This document shows positions 1-12,826 of a stretch of DNA of 62,827 nt, in pieces; position 1 is the first letter of the stretch, and every line of letters begins with the position of its first letter. The stretch comes from Paraglomus brasilianum (lineage: Eukaryota). Under the pieces are notes generated by a model. The model worked only from the letters and a program-made list of their open reading frames with translations. It searched no databases and was not told the origin of the DNA. The stretch covers positions 1 through 62,827 of the forward strand of contig CAJVPI010000062.1 in assembly GCA_910592345.1 (NCBI GenBank), read 5' to 3'. Position numbers and translations under genes: made by a program.

Positions 1-17
1 GAGTTGACGATCCTATC

Positions 18-76
18 GTGAATAAGCACCCCTCACTATGATAAGGGTGGGTGCTTATTCACAGTAGTATACGGTA
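18..76. mobile_element. Probable right end of a small TA-flanked DNA transposon/MITE with a subterminal hairpin
   Basis: Perfect 14-bp inverted repeat GTGAATAAGCACCC (18-31) / GGGTGCTTATTCAC (49-62), followed by AGTAGTATACGG-TA. A CCGTA-type terminus plus TA resembles pogo/Tc2-like ends. The other end is not visible in the window. Confidence 0.4.
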
Positions 77-100
77 TACCGCAAAACGACTGTAGATTGT

Positions 101-523
101 GTGGATCATATTGTTGAAGTTGTGAAAAGATCGAGTACAGCGGGATTAAATAAAGCTCAGTGTTATGAAAATGGAAAAGGGTTTCAATACTTAGATCTTA
201 ATTCTGTGTTGGGAATTTTCTTTAAGAAATTGAATGGTTTGCAAAAATATCAGCATTTCCTTTTTGAAAGAAATAAACCTGGTGTTGTTAAAACGCAAAC
301 CGTTGCGAATGGTGCCTTTACTGAATTTAATTTGTTAAAAACAAGGAAAGCAAGTGTTTCTGAAATTACCAAAGAAATTAAATCTTTTTCCATCCTAGTA
401 CTGATCCCTCCTCCTTTAGATTACAAAAGGCAAGAGTATCTTTACAAAAATATTCGTTTTTTTGTCAGAGATGAATTTAAAAATATCACTTGCCCACAGC
501 CAGTACAACATTCTATTGAATAA
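101..523 (+). pseudogene. C-terminal fragment of a DNA-transposase-like protein (Sola/DUF7869-like)
   Basis: ORF starts at GTG just downstream of the putative element end, so it looks 5'-truncated. Motifs FFKKLNGLQKYQHFLF..NKPGVVK and PPPL..KRQEYLYKNIRFFV....KNITCPQP resemble the C-terminus of this transposase-like family (recognised by eye). Confidence 0.5.
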
Positions 524-575
524 TGAATAAGTTTTATGGCTATTCAAAATTTGTTAGTCATAAAAATATAATATT

Positions 576-1686
576 ATGACCAAAAAATGTATGACCTGTC
601 TAAAAGAGTGTTTTCCTCTGGAAAAAATCATCTTAAGAGTTTAGTTTCCAATCATGGAACTATGTTTTCTGTCCTTAATCAGAGACCTAATGCCAATTTC
701 ATACTGTGATATTTACCAAACATCATGTGGAAGGTTTAAGAGAACTTAACTCCCCAAAAATGAGCTGGCCTTAAAAGAAAACATTGCCAAAATCAAAAAC
801 TATTATCAGTGGGCCAATAACCTGGCCCCTTAGGCTATCAAATTAACATTCCTGATGGAAAATTAGCAGGCCAAAACCAACCACCTCATTTCTACATGCA
901 ATTAGTCCCAAAGTATATGGGTATGTAGAGTCAACTGGACCTTACAAGCCAGCTACTCCAAAAGAAGAAAAGAAAATTCAGAGTTCTCTTGGCATTAAGC
1001 AGGATAACATTGTTAGTGAAACTGACAAATTAATTGCTAAGTTAAACAATAAAAAGAGCATTGGTTATACTGTTATTACTACCAAAAAAAATCTTCCTTG
1101 TGAAATTGAAGCAATTGACTTTGATATTTGGGACTCAATAGGAAAGTTGCTCAAGCAATTAACTGAAAAACTGAGGAAAAATCTAGAAGGAGCTCCTGAT
1201 TTTCAGATTTTTATTGGACTTGGGAAAGAAGCCCAAAGATTATGCAAAAAGAAAAGGAAGAATATTTAGGGGGAAGAAAAGAAGACTTTGACCCTGAGCT
1301 TTATGAAAACTTGGAAGAAGGAAGTTCAAAGGGGGAATTGGCAATAAATATAGTTCCTAGGATTGAGATGAAAAAAATTTTGACTTTCTAGTGAGGGAGC
1401 TTGGACAAAAAAAGGTAAACCTATAGGTTCTATGGAAAATGAAAGATTAGCTGCCAAACTCAATGATCCTGAGGGCTATGGTAAAGAGTGAGGTAAAAAA
1501 GATGAAAATAACAAAGTAACTGAATTAGAAAATGAATTGACTGAAACCAAACAATGATTAGAAAAAGAAAGAAAAGGCAACACAAATAAAATATCTCTTC
1601 TATGATTAATACCAGCTATCTTAATAACATCAGGGATAACAGCCCTAGTATTTTGGATGCTAAGAAGGAAAAAAGCTCCCCAATAA
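576..1686 (+). pseudogene. Frameshifted bacterial-style HIT-family (histidine triad) gene with a second HIT-like repeat and a C-terminal membrane anchor; TGA apparently encodes Trp
   Basis: Pieces across frameshifts read MTKKCMTC..EKII, FSVLNQRP..HTVIFTKHHVE, LTPQK[TGA]AGLK, GYQINIPDGKLAGQNQPPHFYMQLVPKY (HIT motif region). A second repeat reads DNIVSETDKLIAKL..GYTVITTKK..WDSIGKLLKQL..DFQIFIGLGKEA..ELAINIVPR. The tail reads SLL[TGA]LIPAILITSGITALVFWMLRRKK, then TAA at 1684-1686. No introns; no CpG between 457 and 1871. Confidence 0.7.
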
Positions 1687-2469
1687 TCAATATCAAAAAT
1701 GAGTATTTTAAATCTTTGGTTCCATAGTGGACTTAATGTAAATTAGTTTTATATTATAATTTTTTATATAGGGACAATCCTATATTAATCATGTTATGGT
1801 TTATATTCATCACATTCTGGTATGATTATGATAAAGTGGGCATTAAAATTAACAAGTCCATAAGTTATGAACGTTATTACTTTTCAAAACGTCATCAGTC
1901 ATGCTGGTCAATTTTACAGCTGCATCATAATCAGCCTCTCATTTATGTCACATAATAGAATGTTCACTTTGTCTGAGCATGCCCCAAATAACAAAAGACA
2001 AATTTTATGTCACAATAAAATGTGGCTAATGGATGCATTATCAAGACTAATCAGAGAATGTTCTTTCTTGAGTGAAGTTGGATGTTACAAACCATCAAAG
2101 AAGAAAAGAGTATTCAACCTCAGACCTATCTTTGACAATTCATCTATTGTCTTTGAGATTACTGTCATTATTGATTGTCAAAGTGCAAGGAACCTTGACC
2201 TTCTCATTGAGTTCTCGTTTCGCGTATGTTTATGTACAATAAAATGACGTATATAGTTCAGCTCACATGACACAAAAATTCCCCTTGCGTGCTCTTCACA
2301 TGACCCCGATTTAACGATCTACTGTACATGTAACTTCTTCGTTCCCACGATAAAAACATTGAAGCACCACTAACAATGGCATTCGTATGCACATTGATAG
2401 TCGTTTATGCATACATACAGAATTCTTTCATCGAGTGCATATTTCTGGATTCACACCTGTTTCTTAACT

Positions 2470-2990
2470 AAATCCAATCTACTCATTTATGGAAGGGTCT
2501 ATCCTTACATTGATTATTCAAGTCTATTGTGCGTTAGAAAACAATCTTGCCAACAAAACTCACTTTCCGAGGGCGAGCAACCAACCTCTGTTCAAAAAGG
2601 CTTCACCGGCATTCTTCATTGCGATATCTGTTGGCAAAGATTTCCATTCGCATATATGAGTAACAACATTGGGGGGGGGGCATTTGGAACATATAATAAA
2701 CCTTATTGACCATCATTGCCAACACGGATGTGGAGACGGGGATTGTGGGGATTGGCGGGAGTTTTTTCCTACGTTCATTCTTCTCTGGCGTACTTCTTGC
2801 ATTGGATGTTGTAGACACAGCGCCTTCTTACGTATTCGTTGCATCCATTGCATGCACTGGACTAATTTATCGTGTCCCCTGTACTTTCTTTGCCGTAGTG
2901 GTTCTATTCTCGTGGTTGTGGTTATAAGACTGCTTGCATTAATTGGACGATGTTCTTGGGGGTAAAATGTTGTGGAGGGAGTATGCTTGT
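2470..2990 (-). pseudogene. Possible heavily degraded paralog of the neighbouring SWIRM gene
   Basis: Ordered minus-strand fragments TPSTTFY..RPI, VPNAPPPM..EWKSL, PSE, DRPFHK and VDWI* echo TPPATTVY..PRPI, VSKAPAPPAMEWHDL, HPSE, EQPFRK and AGWI of 6205-7473. Many indels and stops. Confidence 0.35.
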
Positions 2991-5900
2991 ATGTGACAAT
3001 TGATTTTTATCTGATTGGATGACGTGAGTGATAATTGGCTAATAATGATCGTATAATACTGAGCTTAACCTAAATCCAGAACGAAACAATAACTAGCAAA
3101 TAATGGATATTGGACAGAGTTTATCACTGAATGTTGTCTTATTTACTGTAATTGTTATTGTTGTAACCAAACGTTCTTTATTGTTATTGTTGATCTTTGT
3201 CGCCATTTAGCGTATGTTTGTTACATTGCCGTCTGTGAATTTCTCGTCAATGCTAAATAATAGTTGCAGGAGAGCATTATACGCTGATTGTATTTTAATT
3301 CATGTACATGTGAATATCAGCCTGAATAACAATAAACAATTCAGGAGCAGATATGAATTATCACTGCGCATAGTTCCATGTTTCCATCGTCAACTATCTT
3401 CTGTTCAATGATGACCCTTTCTTGTTCGGCTTCAAGGGGCTCACACCCTCCGATGCAGTGTTCAAATGAACAATTCATCATGCAATATGAAAGTTGCCCA
3501 CCAAAATTCATTCTGCAAAGGGAGATCAACATTGAGTCACAATCAATGACTCATTAATGTTGATCGTAATAACGACTTTTTTTTATACAAACGTCACAAT
3601 AACATTACAATATTTATCACTTACAATTACAATAGAAGAATGCCTTTGTATGTTACATATTGTTTATGTCAATAGTTTCAAAAGATAGAACTACTAAAAG
3701 AATGCTGCAGCTGCTATGGCGCTGCTGTCTCAATCGTTAGACGCTGATTCACTCTCCAATCGAACCGTAACATTAAATCTAGATATATACATGAAAGTTT
3801 TTCTCACCAGGGAAAAAAAAAACCTTGAATTCGGCGATGTATTCCATCTAGGTTGAAGACTAAGATTAGGTAATGCAAATGACCGACGCTTCCAACTCCT
3901 GAACTCCTTAAAATACGATTACGTTATTTGCATATTATAACAATTCCCTTTCATCCTACACTATATATAGTCTTTTCAACATGTTAATCCATTACGTCCT
4001 TGTCCTTTGTCCAACACATTCGTACACGTTCTCGGTAGAATAATCACATCCCTACAGAGTAAATGGCAGTGTGCTAGCATTGCGACGATTTGAGCATCTT
4101 TTTAATTTCACTCTTTTTCTTTTATCCGGTCTTTCTCGTCATTTGAATTCCTTCTCCCTTATCTCTGCAAACACCAATCGCGGGCAATTCCGAAAGTATT
4201 CACGAAAGACTCGAGCAATAATCCAATTGAGTTTATGAGTAGGACACAGACTTTATATCATGAATTGGTGTGCCCGCTCTGTTGCGTGAAGTTTGCTTTC
4301 CGTCCTTGTAAATAGACTTAGTAAACGAACTAATTCATCGTATCGGATATGACGTATTAGTATTTCTCACTTCTACACTAACTTTATATCTGCACATCTT
4401 CGTTTATAAAAATCTCCGATTGGCATGTTGACCCTATTCCTGTATCAGCCAATAGACTTTTAGGGGTGAAGTAGAAAGCAAAAACTTACAAGCGATATAG
4501 GTAAAGACAAATACTATTATCAATTGCAAATTAAGCACCTAAAAACTCCATTGTGGCTACTGCTATGATCCAATGCTGATTTCAGATGATAACGAACGAA
4601 TGTTAGAAATGAACATACTAAATCTACTTCTTATAATCGAATTCGTCACAGTGAAAACGCCTGAATTCTTTAGACAGAATACGAGGCGTTTGACGCCTTC
4701 GCATGCGCAAATAAAACCTGATTTAAGATATATGATGGGCGTAACTGGTTGAATGGGGAATAAGAAATGGGAATATGACATTGTTGAGAAAAAATAAATA
4801 TGTTACAGAAACATTATACGTTGTATATTGCATTCGATCACATACAAAATATAAGGGAAAATTAAAAATTTAAGTGCGCCTTTCTTCTGTTTGGGAAAGA
4901 CGACCACTTCTTTGTCAAGTCGGCGTTGTATAATTGAAAAATTGCACATGTCTAGTTTCTAATTTCGTCATTCAATTTATATCATACGTGCGCATTCTCA
5001 TCACATTTGCACTCCCACGTTTATTAAAACAAACACAAATGCCAGAATCTTTGTATGTACGTAATCAAATGTTTATCTTTTGGAGGTAATCGAAGCTTAC
5101 AGACGCAATGCTGCAATTGGAAAGGGTTATTCAGGGCATTCAGGTGGGTAAGAATAGTATGAGGCTGGCGTACAAGCGTAACCCCAAATAACAACCGATG
5201 CTTTGTTATTTTGACACGTTAATTAATTAAAGTTCTTAAGACAACGAAGCTTCTATTTTATTCTTCTTTTCGACCGGTTCCCTCGTTTAAAGTATTTTCA
5301 AATACCAAGTATATACATTACACCATACGTGCAATCCCCAAATCTTAAACGTATTGGAAGCAAAGAATCTATACAGAAACTCGGTCCCTCAATAAACAAT
5401 TGGAACATTCGACTATACTATAACAAACCACTAAAAATGTCAAAATCCAAATGGATGTGACAATAGCCCTAAAAGGTTGATGCTTAAAATATTGTTCACA
5501 CGTTCGTCCTTACTCTCAACATGAGATTATATTCCCAGAGAAATGTCACCAACATGTCAATTATTGACATCACCCGAAAGTGTCATTTTATTGTTATTTC
5601 TAACTCTCAATTATTTATTGCAACTACAATTAGTATTCAGTTTATTAAATTTTTTTCTTAATTCAAAATCCTAAGAGAAGCTATCGATACGAAAAAAAGA
5701 GAAACGGATTTGGGAATGAATTTACACATCACGGAGCTCGAACCGAGCCCACAAACGTCCGACTTTAACTACAGTGTTCGAGAATATAATATTCTTGAAG
5801 CGAAAAAAAAAATAAGAGGAAAAATGTGAAGTCACGTAAGCTATACATACAACCGAGTCATTATTATAGACCCGAATCCAAATGTTCCTTTTCAGAATGA

Positions 5901-6204
5901 AGTTCTTACAATAATTGGAATCCACAAAATATTGAAAACTACTAAAGATATGACAGAAGACCTACAAGTTCTGCGTTCTTTCTTCATGGAAGTTATCCAA
6001 CAAAGTTGTCTTTTTAAAACCACGACTGTGTGCCCAAGTGTCCAAGGATACAAAAAAAAAAAAGAAAGAAAAAAGAAAGAGAAAAAAGAAAGGAGAAAGA
6101 CAAACAAACCACAAATGAGATTTGATAAGTTTTTCTAGCAAATACACATTTCTAATCTAACTCTGAACCCAGGCCCCCCACCAATACACTCTCCGATACC
6201 AATC

Positions 6205-7473
6205 TTACTTTCTTCTCATTATATCTCTCTCGTCCGCCTTAATCCAACCCGCTAGTACGAAAAACTCCCACAACTTACTCGCCTTGTTAACATCAATATG
6301 TAATAACTTTTGCGCATCTGATTTTCTAAACGGCTGCTCTCTCTGTACATATCTGTTGGCAGTCGATACGAGCGTATATTTAGCATTGAAATACTGTAAT
6401 GGGGTTAATCTCAACACTGAAGCCACAGACGCTTCGGAAGGATGCATGGAGTTGTAATGCGGCAATGTCGTGATATTTAAAGGAGATCCCTTCCAAGTAA
6501 TTCCATGATTCTGTACATTGATACGTACTTGGTCTAAACCCAAGTTATCGATTGCGGCTTTCAGATCGTGCCATTCCATGGCTGGAGGTGCAGGAGCTTT
6601 GGATACACGGACAGTAGCACTTTCTCGTGTCGACGTTGATGTGATGCCCTCGGTAAACGTTTCACCGTTTTCTGATTGAGGCGATGAAGTTGTATTCGAA
6701 CTGTGGTCAGATGAGATGTGAGAAGACGTTACCGATATCGATGCACGATCGGCGAGTACACGTGCCATACTGTTTGACTTCTTCTTTCGTTGCACTTTAT
6801 CGTATGGAATCGGTCGCTTCTTTTTAGTGCGACGGCGTGAAAGCTTTTTCTGTTCTTGTTCCAATTCCCTTTCTTCGTCAGACAGAATTGGTCTTGGAGA
6901 GTGTGGTCGAGGGTCTTCAATAAATTTCAATTCTTTTAGATTTCGCTCTAAAAATCCACGGGGGTCTTCATTATATAGACCATATACAGTTGTCGCGGGT
7001 GGAGTGGGTGGATGATGAAGCCCTTTTGTTGGCTGTTTACTAGGCGATCGCATTGGGTATGGATTTTTGCGACGACCCCCACAGTCTGGACGTCGTCTGA
7101 CTGCATGGGATAGTGTACATAGTTGGTGGTGATGTTGGTGTTGTTGATGGTGTTGATGGTGTTGATGTTGATGTTGATGATATTGTTGTTGATGCTGGTG
7201 TGGCTGTTGGTGGTGTTGTTGATGTTGATGTTGATGTTGATGTTGCTGTCGGTGTTGCTGTTGGTGCTTTTGTTGTAGGGAAGGTTGATGCGTTTGATCG
7301 TCGTCTTCCCGGAGTAAAATTCGAATTGATTCTGGAAGATCTTTGAGCAAATATCTCGCTCCAAGAACTGTTCGCACTGGAGCTTGAAAGGTAGTAGTGG
7401 CGGGCGTGACAGGTATTGATGTTATTGAGTTTGGTGTAGCTATTGTCAAGGCTGTCGTGGTTGAAAAAGACAA
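6205..7473 (-). CDS. SWIRM-domain protein (Fun19/YOR338W-like chromatin regulator) with a His/Gln-rich region; true start uncertain
   Basis: 422-codon ORF. C-terminus WKGSPLNIT.LPHY..MHPSEA.VASVLRLTP.QY...K....PFRKSDAQKLLHIDVNKASKLWEFF..AGWI is a typical fungal SWIRM domain. Basic NLS-like stretch RRRTKKKR. The ORF begins at TTG; first in-frame ATG is at 7053. Confidence 0.88.
   Translation of the reverse strand: MSFSTTTALTIATPNSITSIPVTPATTTFQAPVRTVLGARYLLKDLPESIRILLREDDDQTHQPSLQQKHQQQHRQQHQHQHQHQQHHQQPHQHQQQYHQHQHQHHQHHQQHQHHHQLCTLSHAVRRRPDCGGRRKNPYPMRSPSKQPTKGLHHPPTPPATTVYGLYNEDPRGFLERNLKELKFIEDPRPHSPRPILSDEERELEQEQKKLSRRRTKKKRPIPYDKVQRKKKSNSMARVLADRASISVTSSHISSDHSSNTTSSPQSENGETFTEGITSTSTRESATVRVSKAPAPPAMEWHDLKAAIDNLGLDQVRINVQNHGITWKGSPLNITTLPHYNSMHPSEASVASVLRLTPLQYFNAKYTLVSTANRYVQREQPFRKSDAQKLLHIDVNKASKLWEFFVLAGWIKADERDIMRRK
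7123..7275 (-). repeat. Coding CAA/CAT/CAC low-complexity tract (poly His/Gln)
   Basis: Imperfect (GTT/GAT/GGT)n on + strand encoding QQHQHQHQQHHQQ in the SWIRM ORF. Confidence 0.85.
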
Positions 7474-10400
7474 AAGTAGAAAATGGCGTAAATATCTCGT
7501 TGATGAAATAAGAGCCCATTGTCTAATGGTAATAGAATATTATTATTGTGTCGCTTTGTTACTTGTCGTCATTCTCTATTGTCGTCGCAATTTATATGAT
7601 TAACCCTGTAATGCTTGGCCGATTTCATATGTTTGTGATTATCATGTATCCATCCAATTATATGTCACCAATTATATACATACAATATAATATACTAATA
7701 TGCTAGTGTTATCAATACATTAACAATAGCATCCATTTTGCCGTTCTATATACAGATCATCGAGACACATACCTGTGGTTTCCTCCTTCTTACTCGAACT
7801 CTCAGTAGGGTTTAATATGAATGAAAGATCCGTGGGTGTTTGTGGTGGAGACATTGGTCCTTTGTTGTTTCCGTGACATTCTGTCATGTGAGTGTACATT
7901 GGCTTAAGTACAAATGGATAGCAGCAAAGGCTACAAAGTGAGTAGGATTTGTCGAGTGGAGCGTATAAGTAGTGTGTGTATGGGTTTATGGGTGTGTGTT
8001 GGAAGGGTGCTTAACTGAATGGGTGAATTGAAATTCAACGTAGTGTGTGTATAGAAGTTTTTACCGTTACAGTTCTTAATTACTTTCAAAATTTATGTTT
8101 TATGTGCGTATATTGTGTCTGGCCGTTTTGAAGTGAGAGAGGTCTGTTGGGGGGAGGAGTCAAGTATATATATATTTTAGTGTATGTATATATTAGAATA
8201 GACAATTTATGTATGTGATAATAATAATATGTATGTGATGTGATGTCTCGATATAGTAGTAATATATAAGTAAAAGGCGTTGTTGAATGCTTATTTATTA
8301 GTGATACGCACAACTTCAAATTCTCTTTATTTTTATATTGACGTAGTATTCATTATCAAACTATCATGGCAGTCACTGTCGGCAACTTCATATATAGGAA
8401 TCAGTGACTTTCAATTGGAACAGTAAATTGGATAACCTCCATTATGTAGGGTGTAATTAGAATATATTCATACATTTATATAGGTAACATGTGGACAGTG
8501 ACGATTGAACGTCGACCGCTGTAGTTGCTGTCAAGTTGTATGAATGGGTTAATGCATTCGTTTATTTTATGCGTATAATGTGTAAGGCTCAGCACATATT
8601 TCGCCAAATTTATTTGCCGAAATATCCCATAGGGTGAGTGATATATTCGTCCCATATAAGAGATAGTGTGTATATATAACGTCGTTCTATTTTTTGAATG
8701 TTTTTCCCATAATTTGTGTAAAGCATAATTATAATTGCACTAAATATAACCGTTATTATTATTATTTAATATCGCTATTGATTCATTATTATAGCCCACC
8801 GTAGCAGTTTAGCATGCTTGTTTCGCTCTCATTTATTGTTTGCCCCATTATTAGTTGAGTTCAATCGTTATTGAGTAGGCTGACTATAATTGTCTTAATG
8901 CTTAATGTATTGTCTATTGTTAAAAAACCCGACCAAAACCAATATGGCAACTCGGTGATCGAATGGGGTAAAAGACATAAGCAAACTTTCTTCTATTGAC
9001 TGCTTATGAGTAAGAGATATAATGCCATGTGGAATGATCGGGACACTGGGTGGTAAGTGCGACGCTGTATATTGAACATATTAAATCAACAGTGGTGGTT
9101 GGTTACCACACTGTTACATCCACGACCTTCTTAACCATCATTCTTTGCGGCGTAAGGTTCTTGGAATAAAGAACAATCTATTGTCGCCGCAGATTTTCGT
9201 TGCTTCCATTGCTCGCCAAGATGGAACAGCGATACCATTGATAGATTGCAGTAGAAGTACACATAATTGTCTGATTACGTTACGTTTTGAATTTACTTTT
9301 GATCTTTATTTGGGTGAATAATGAACAAAAACCGTGGACGGCTCATTGTAAATTAGGCTTGAATTTCTGTTTATACCGACTGCGCCAAGATCAGGTGATA
9401 TAATGTCTCTACGCAGTATAATATCTGCCGTTGTCAATTGAATTCAACGCTAGGTCCATTTCTTTATCTTGTTTATTGTGTTCATAGAGTCTGACACACT
9501 GTATAATCCACTATTTTCTTTTACAATAAATTAGTAATGTACTAGAGACAATCCTATTGGTTACCTTATAAAGCAAAGGGTACGTAGCACACTGATGACG
9601 ACATTGCTCGATCATTTAACGTCGGGATACCGCGAGTTCTATATCGCCTTACCGATATTGCTTACGGATATCGGACAATAATTATGTAAAATGATATGTT
9701 CTTGAGATTAATACAACGTAATAATCTATGTAATACTGAGTTTCATTTTTTCGATTGAGCTGTGATTTATCTATACGCCAAGTAAAAAGTGGCGTGAGGT
9801 TAGGCAATTAGTATTTGCTGCCCATGCGACTGTTGTTTGATACACAAATGCGGCAAATGATGGTATGAGTGTCTTTTGCGTTTGAGTATGTGTTACAGCA
9901 AATAATGAAACTTGGGTGAATTTGGTCCCTATAGATAATTGATTAAGAAGACGGATTTTACATACACATTTTAAACTATTAAATTGTGTTTATCTTTGTG
10001 TTGAGCAAAACTTATCTGCTTATTAAACTATACGTTAATTCCCTGTTCCTTATTATTAGTAAAAATGGTCCATTTTTGATATTTATAATATACAACAAAT
10101 TGTCATTATATTACTATATTTATTTTCATATTATTTTTCCTGTGCTCTGCATAGACTGTAAGAGGGCCAGATACCTGGCTGAAGAGTAAAAAAAATGAAC
10201 ACTATATACGTGCATTGATGAATACAATTTAAAATTGATTGTAGGGCAAGGTTTCCTTATTTGCTTGACAGAAATAGATCATAACGTGAAAAAATGTATC
10301 GATGTGAAAATGGATAAATTTAAACATAATTTGTTATGGATAAACATTGTCAATTCGTTCGAGCCTTCTTTGTGGATGTGCATAGCTTTTACCATATCGT

Positions 10401-12826
10401 CAACACTGGTAATCTCAAACATACGCAACACGTTCGATATTCCAAACATGATATGCAATACATTCGTTCATGTATCCGCATTTATTTCACAACATCGCAC
10501 GCTGCCCATCACAATTCGGCCTGCAACAATATTGATTCATTTTGCTTTTTTGTGCAGTAAACATTATTATTGGCGTTAATTAATGCTTTATGCAGAGGAA
10601 CAGACCATTCCAATTCATTTGACAGGCATTGAGATGGGCGAGTATTGGTGAAGGGCTTACAATGAATAAAGAATAAATAGTTGAAGCGTTATACGAAAAT
10701 TCATAAGCTGAAACCATCTGACGACAAAGGCTAATGGCCGATAAATTAGGGTTTGGTAATTGACACCTCTGGCAGATGTCATTGGATCATACCAACACAC
10801 ACAGAAAACTTATTGGTGGTGTTTTGAATCAAATTCGATACAGTCACAAACAGTTTTGCGACATGGTTTTGGTGACAACGACAAAGTCCGATCAATTGCT
10901 CTCACAAATTAACTTTATCATTCGTATAAATGCACAATCATAAAATCGTATATAATTTCTCGATATAATCATGTGTCTATCATCGTACTAACACTATATG
11001 CGTTTTGGTACTTTGGAATAAATTAGTCAAACCATCGTCAATCTACATGCAGCGGTAACACATTCCAAGAATAGTAAACTGTGCGGGAATTACTGAGGAA
11101 TTCGGAAATGATAATTGAGATTTTGGTAAACCTATTCGATGTTTATAGGAACCGTAGAATGACATGAACAGTCGAATGGATGAATGGATAGATTTGTTAC
11201 AGCCACATTACACAGATAATGTAATTTCAAGGAGCACCACCCCATGTCCAGTAGCTGATGCTTTGTTTTAATTAGACCATTTATTGTATTACTTACGAGC
11301 TCTTTCATGATATAATGCTCATTTCTATCATTTGTCCCTGATCATATGACTTTACGATTTTAATCATCACAGACGATATTCCGATTCTTTGTTCTAACTG
11401 ACCTACCTCGATCAGCATTAGATTTACATTATGGCAGAAAAATAACAACTTATTAATAAAGTGCTCCATTACTCATTAGTGTATCAGTTATAGAAGTTTA
11501 ATTAACTTCATTCATTCACTATGATCACATTGTTGCATTACGTCAAATGGACCCCTAATGAACCCCTAATGAATACAAAGTTCTTCCTGACGTAACGCCC
11601 AATGAGTAAATGACAGCGGAGGTAAGTGACATACGAAGTAATTCCGCCCCAACTCTGACAAACAATAGCTTACATGAATATATTGTCAATTTGATTTGAA
11701 CTGACAATCACATGATTTAAGCACCATAACGCGAACAAACGCGCAATTACTAGTAATCAGAATCATGCTCATACACCGTCATCAGGTGGCTCTCAACTGA
11801 CTACATAAACGCATTGACTCTCAGCTTTTGTCACCCACCTGGAATATAGTTCCACAGCACCTTTAGCGTTCAATCGTAGGTGCAACTAATAAAGGAACGC
11901 AATATAGTTCCAAACAATAATTCTTCCATTACGTACGACAACTTGCCTGCTGATGAATACCTCGATTAGATAAAGCCGAAGATTCTCTATTTATATTAAT
12001 CTGACAATTTTAAACAAACACCCTTTCATCAGGCCATTCCGAAAGAAAACTATGTTTACTTGTGCCCGTAAATTCTGTCCGATCACGCGCCAGATGCAAC
12101 CACCCTACAATTTTCAATCTCGCCAAAAACTTCGACCAATTCAACATTATCTGTTCCCCAGAATACCAAAATAAGCAGCAGAACAATTGAATTACACAAT
12201 ATGAATCCCTTATTTGCAGTAGTAATTCATTAAATTGAAGAGGACAACTATTGGGCAGAGACTTGTTCGAGTACTGGTATTTGAATAACAAATCAGGAAA
12301 TATTTAATTGCATACTGAAACTAGTCTTAGGTGGAAACTATATAGCAGAATATTGTAAAAATTGTACGTGCTATTCAATTAAAATCAAACCAGTCTCCAG
12401 AAGGCTATTATTTTACGTACCACTGTATTGAAAGATAACAACACATGACAGTTGTTGAGATCCGATTAGAAAAAAAAAGACAGAATGTAGGTTGAAGATT
12501 AAACCCTATTTAAAGTATAATGGGTGTAGCCTTACGAGCATCTCTCTCCAGAACTGCTGGGGATCTATCCCGACTTCCGACTTGAAGATTTGCATTCCTT
12601 TATTAAATGTCCAACTTTCCGATATCTTTCGACTTGAAAGTATTTCCCTCACCGATTCACGTGTGGCTTTTGGTCTATCTACAGTCTAACCATCAACAGA
12701 AATACATTCTTGCCTTGTTATTGAAATTAAGTCACCATTACCAAATTCTCTCACGGTGATAATAATTTCTGACAGAAAGCGTCGAACAATAAAAGCAAGC
12801 CCATCTCTAGCGAAAATAATGTAGCA

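Noticed and set aside
1867..2247. 126-aa ORF as a gene
   Set aside because: No recognisable motif and it lies in CpG-poor relic DNA; probably an incidental frame in a decayed repeat.
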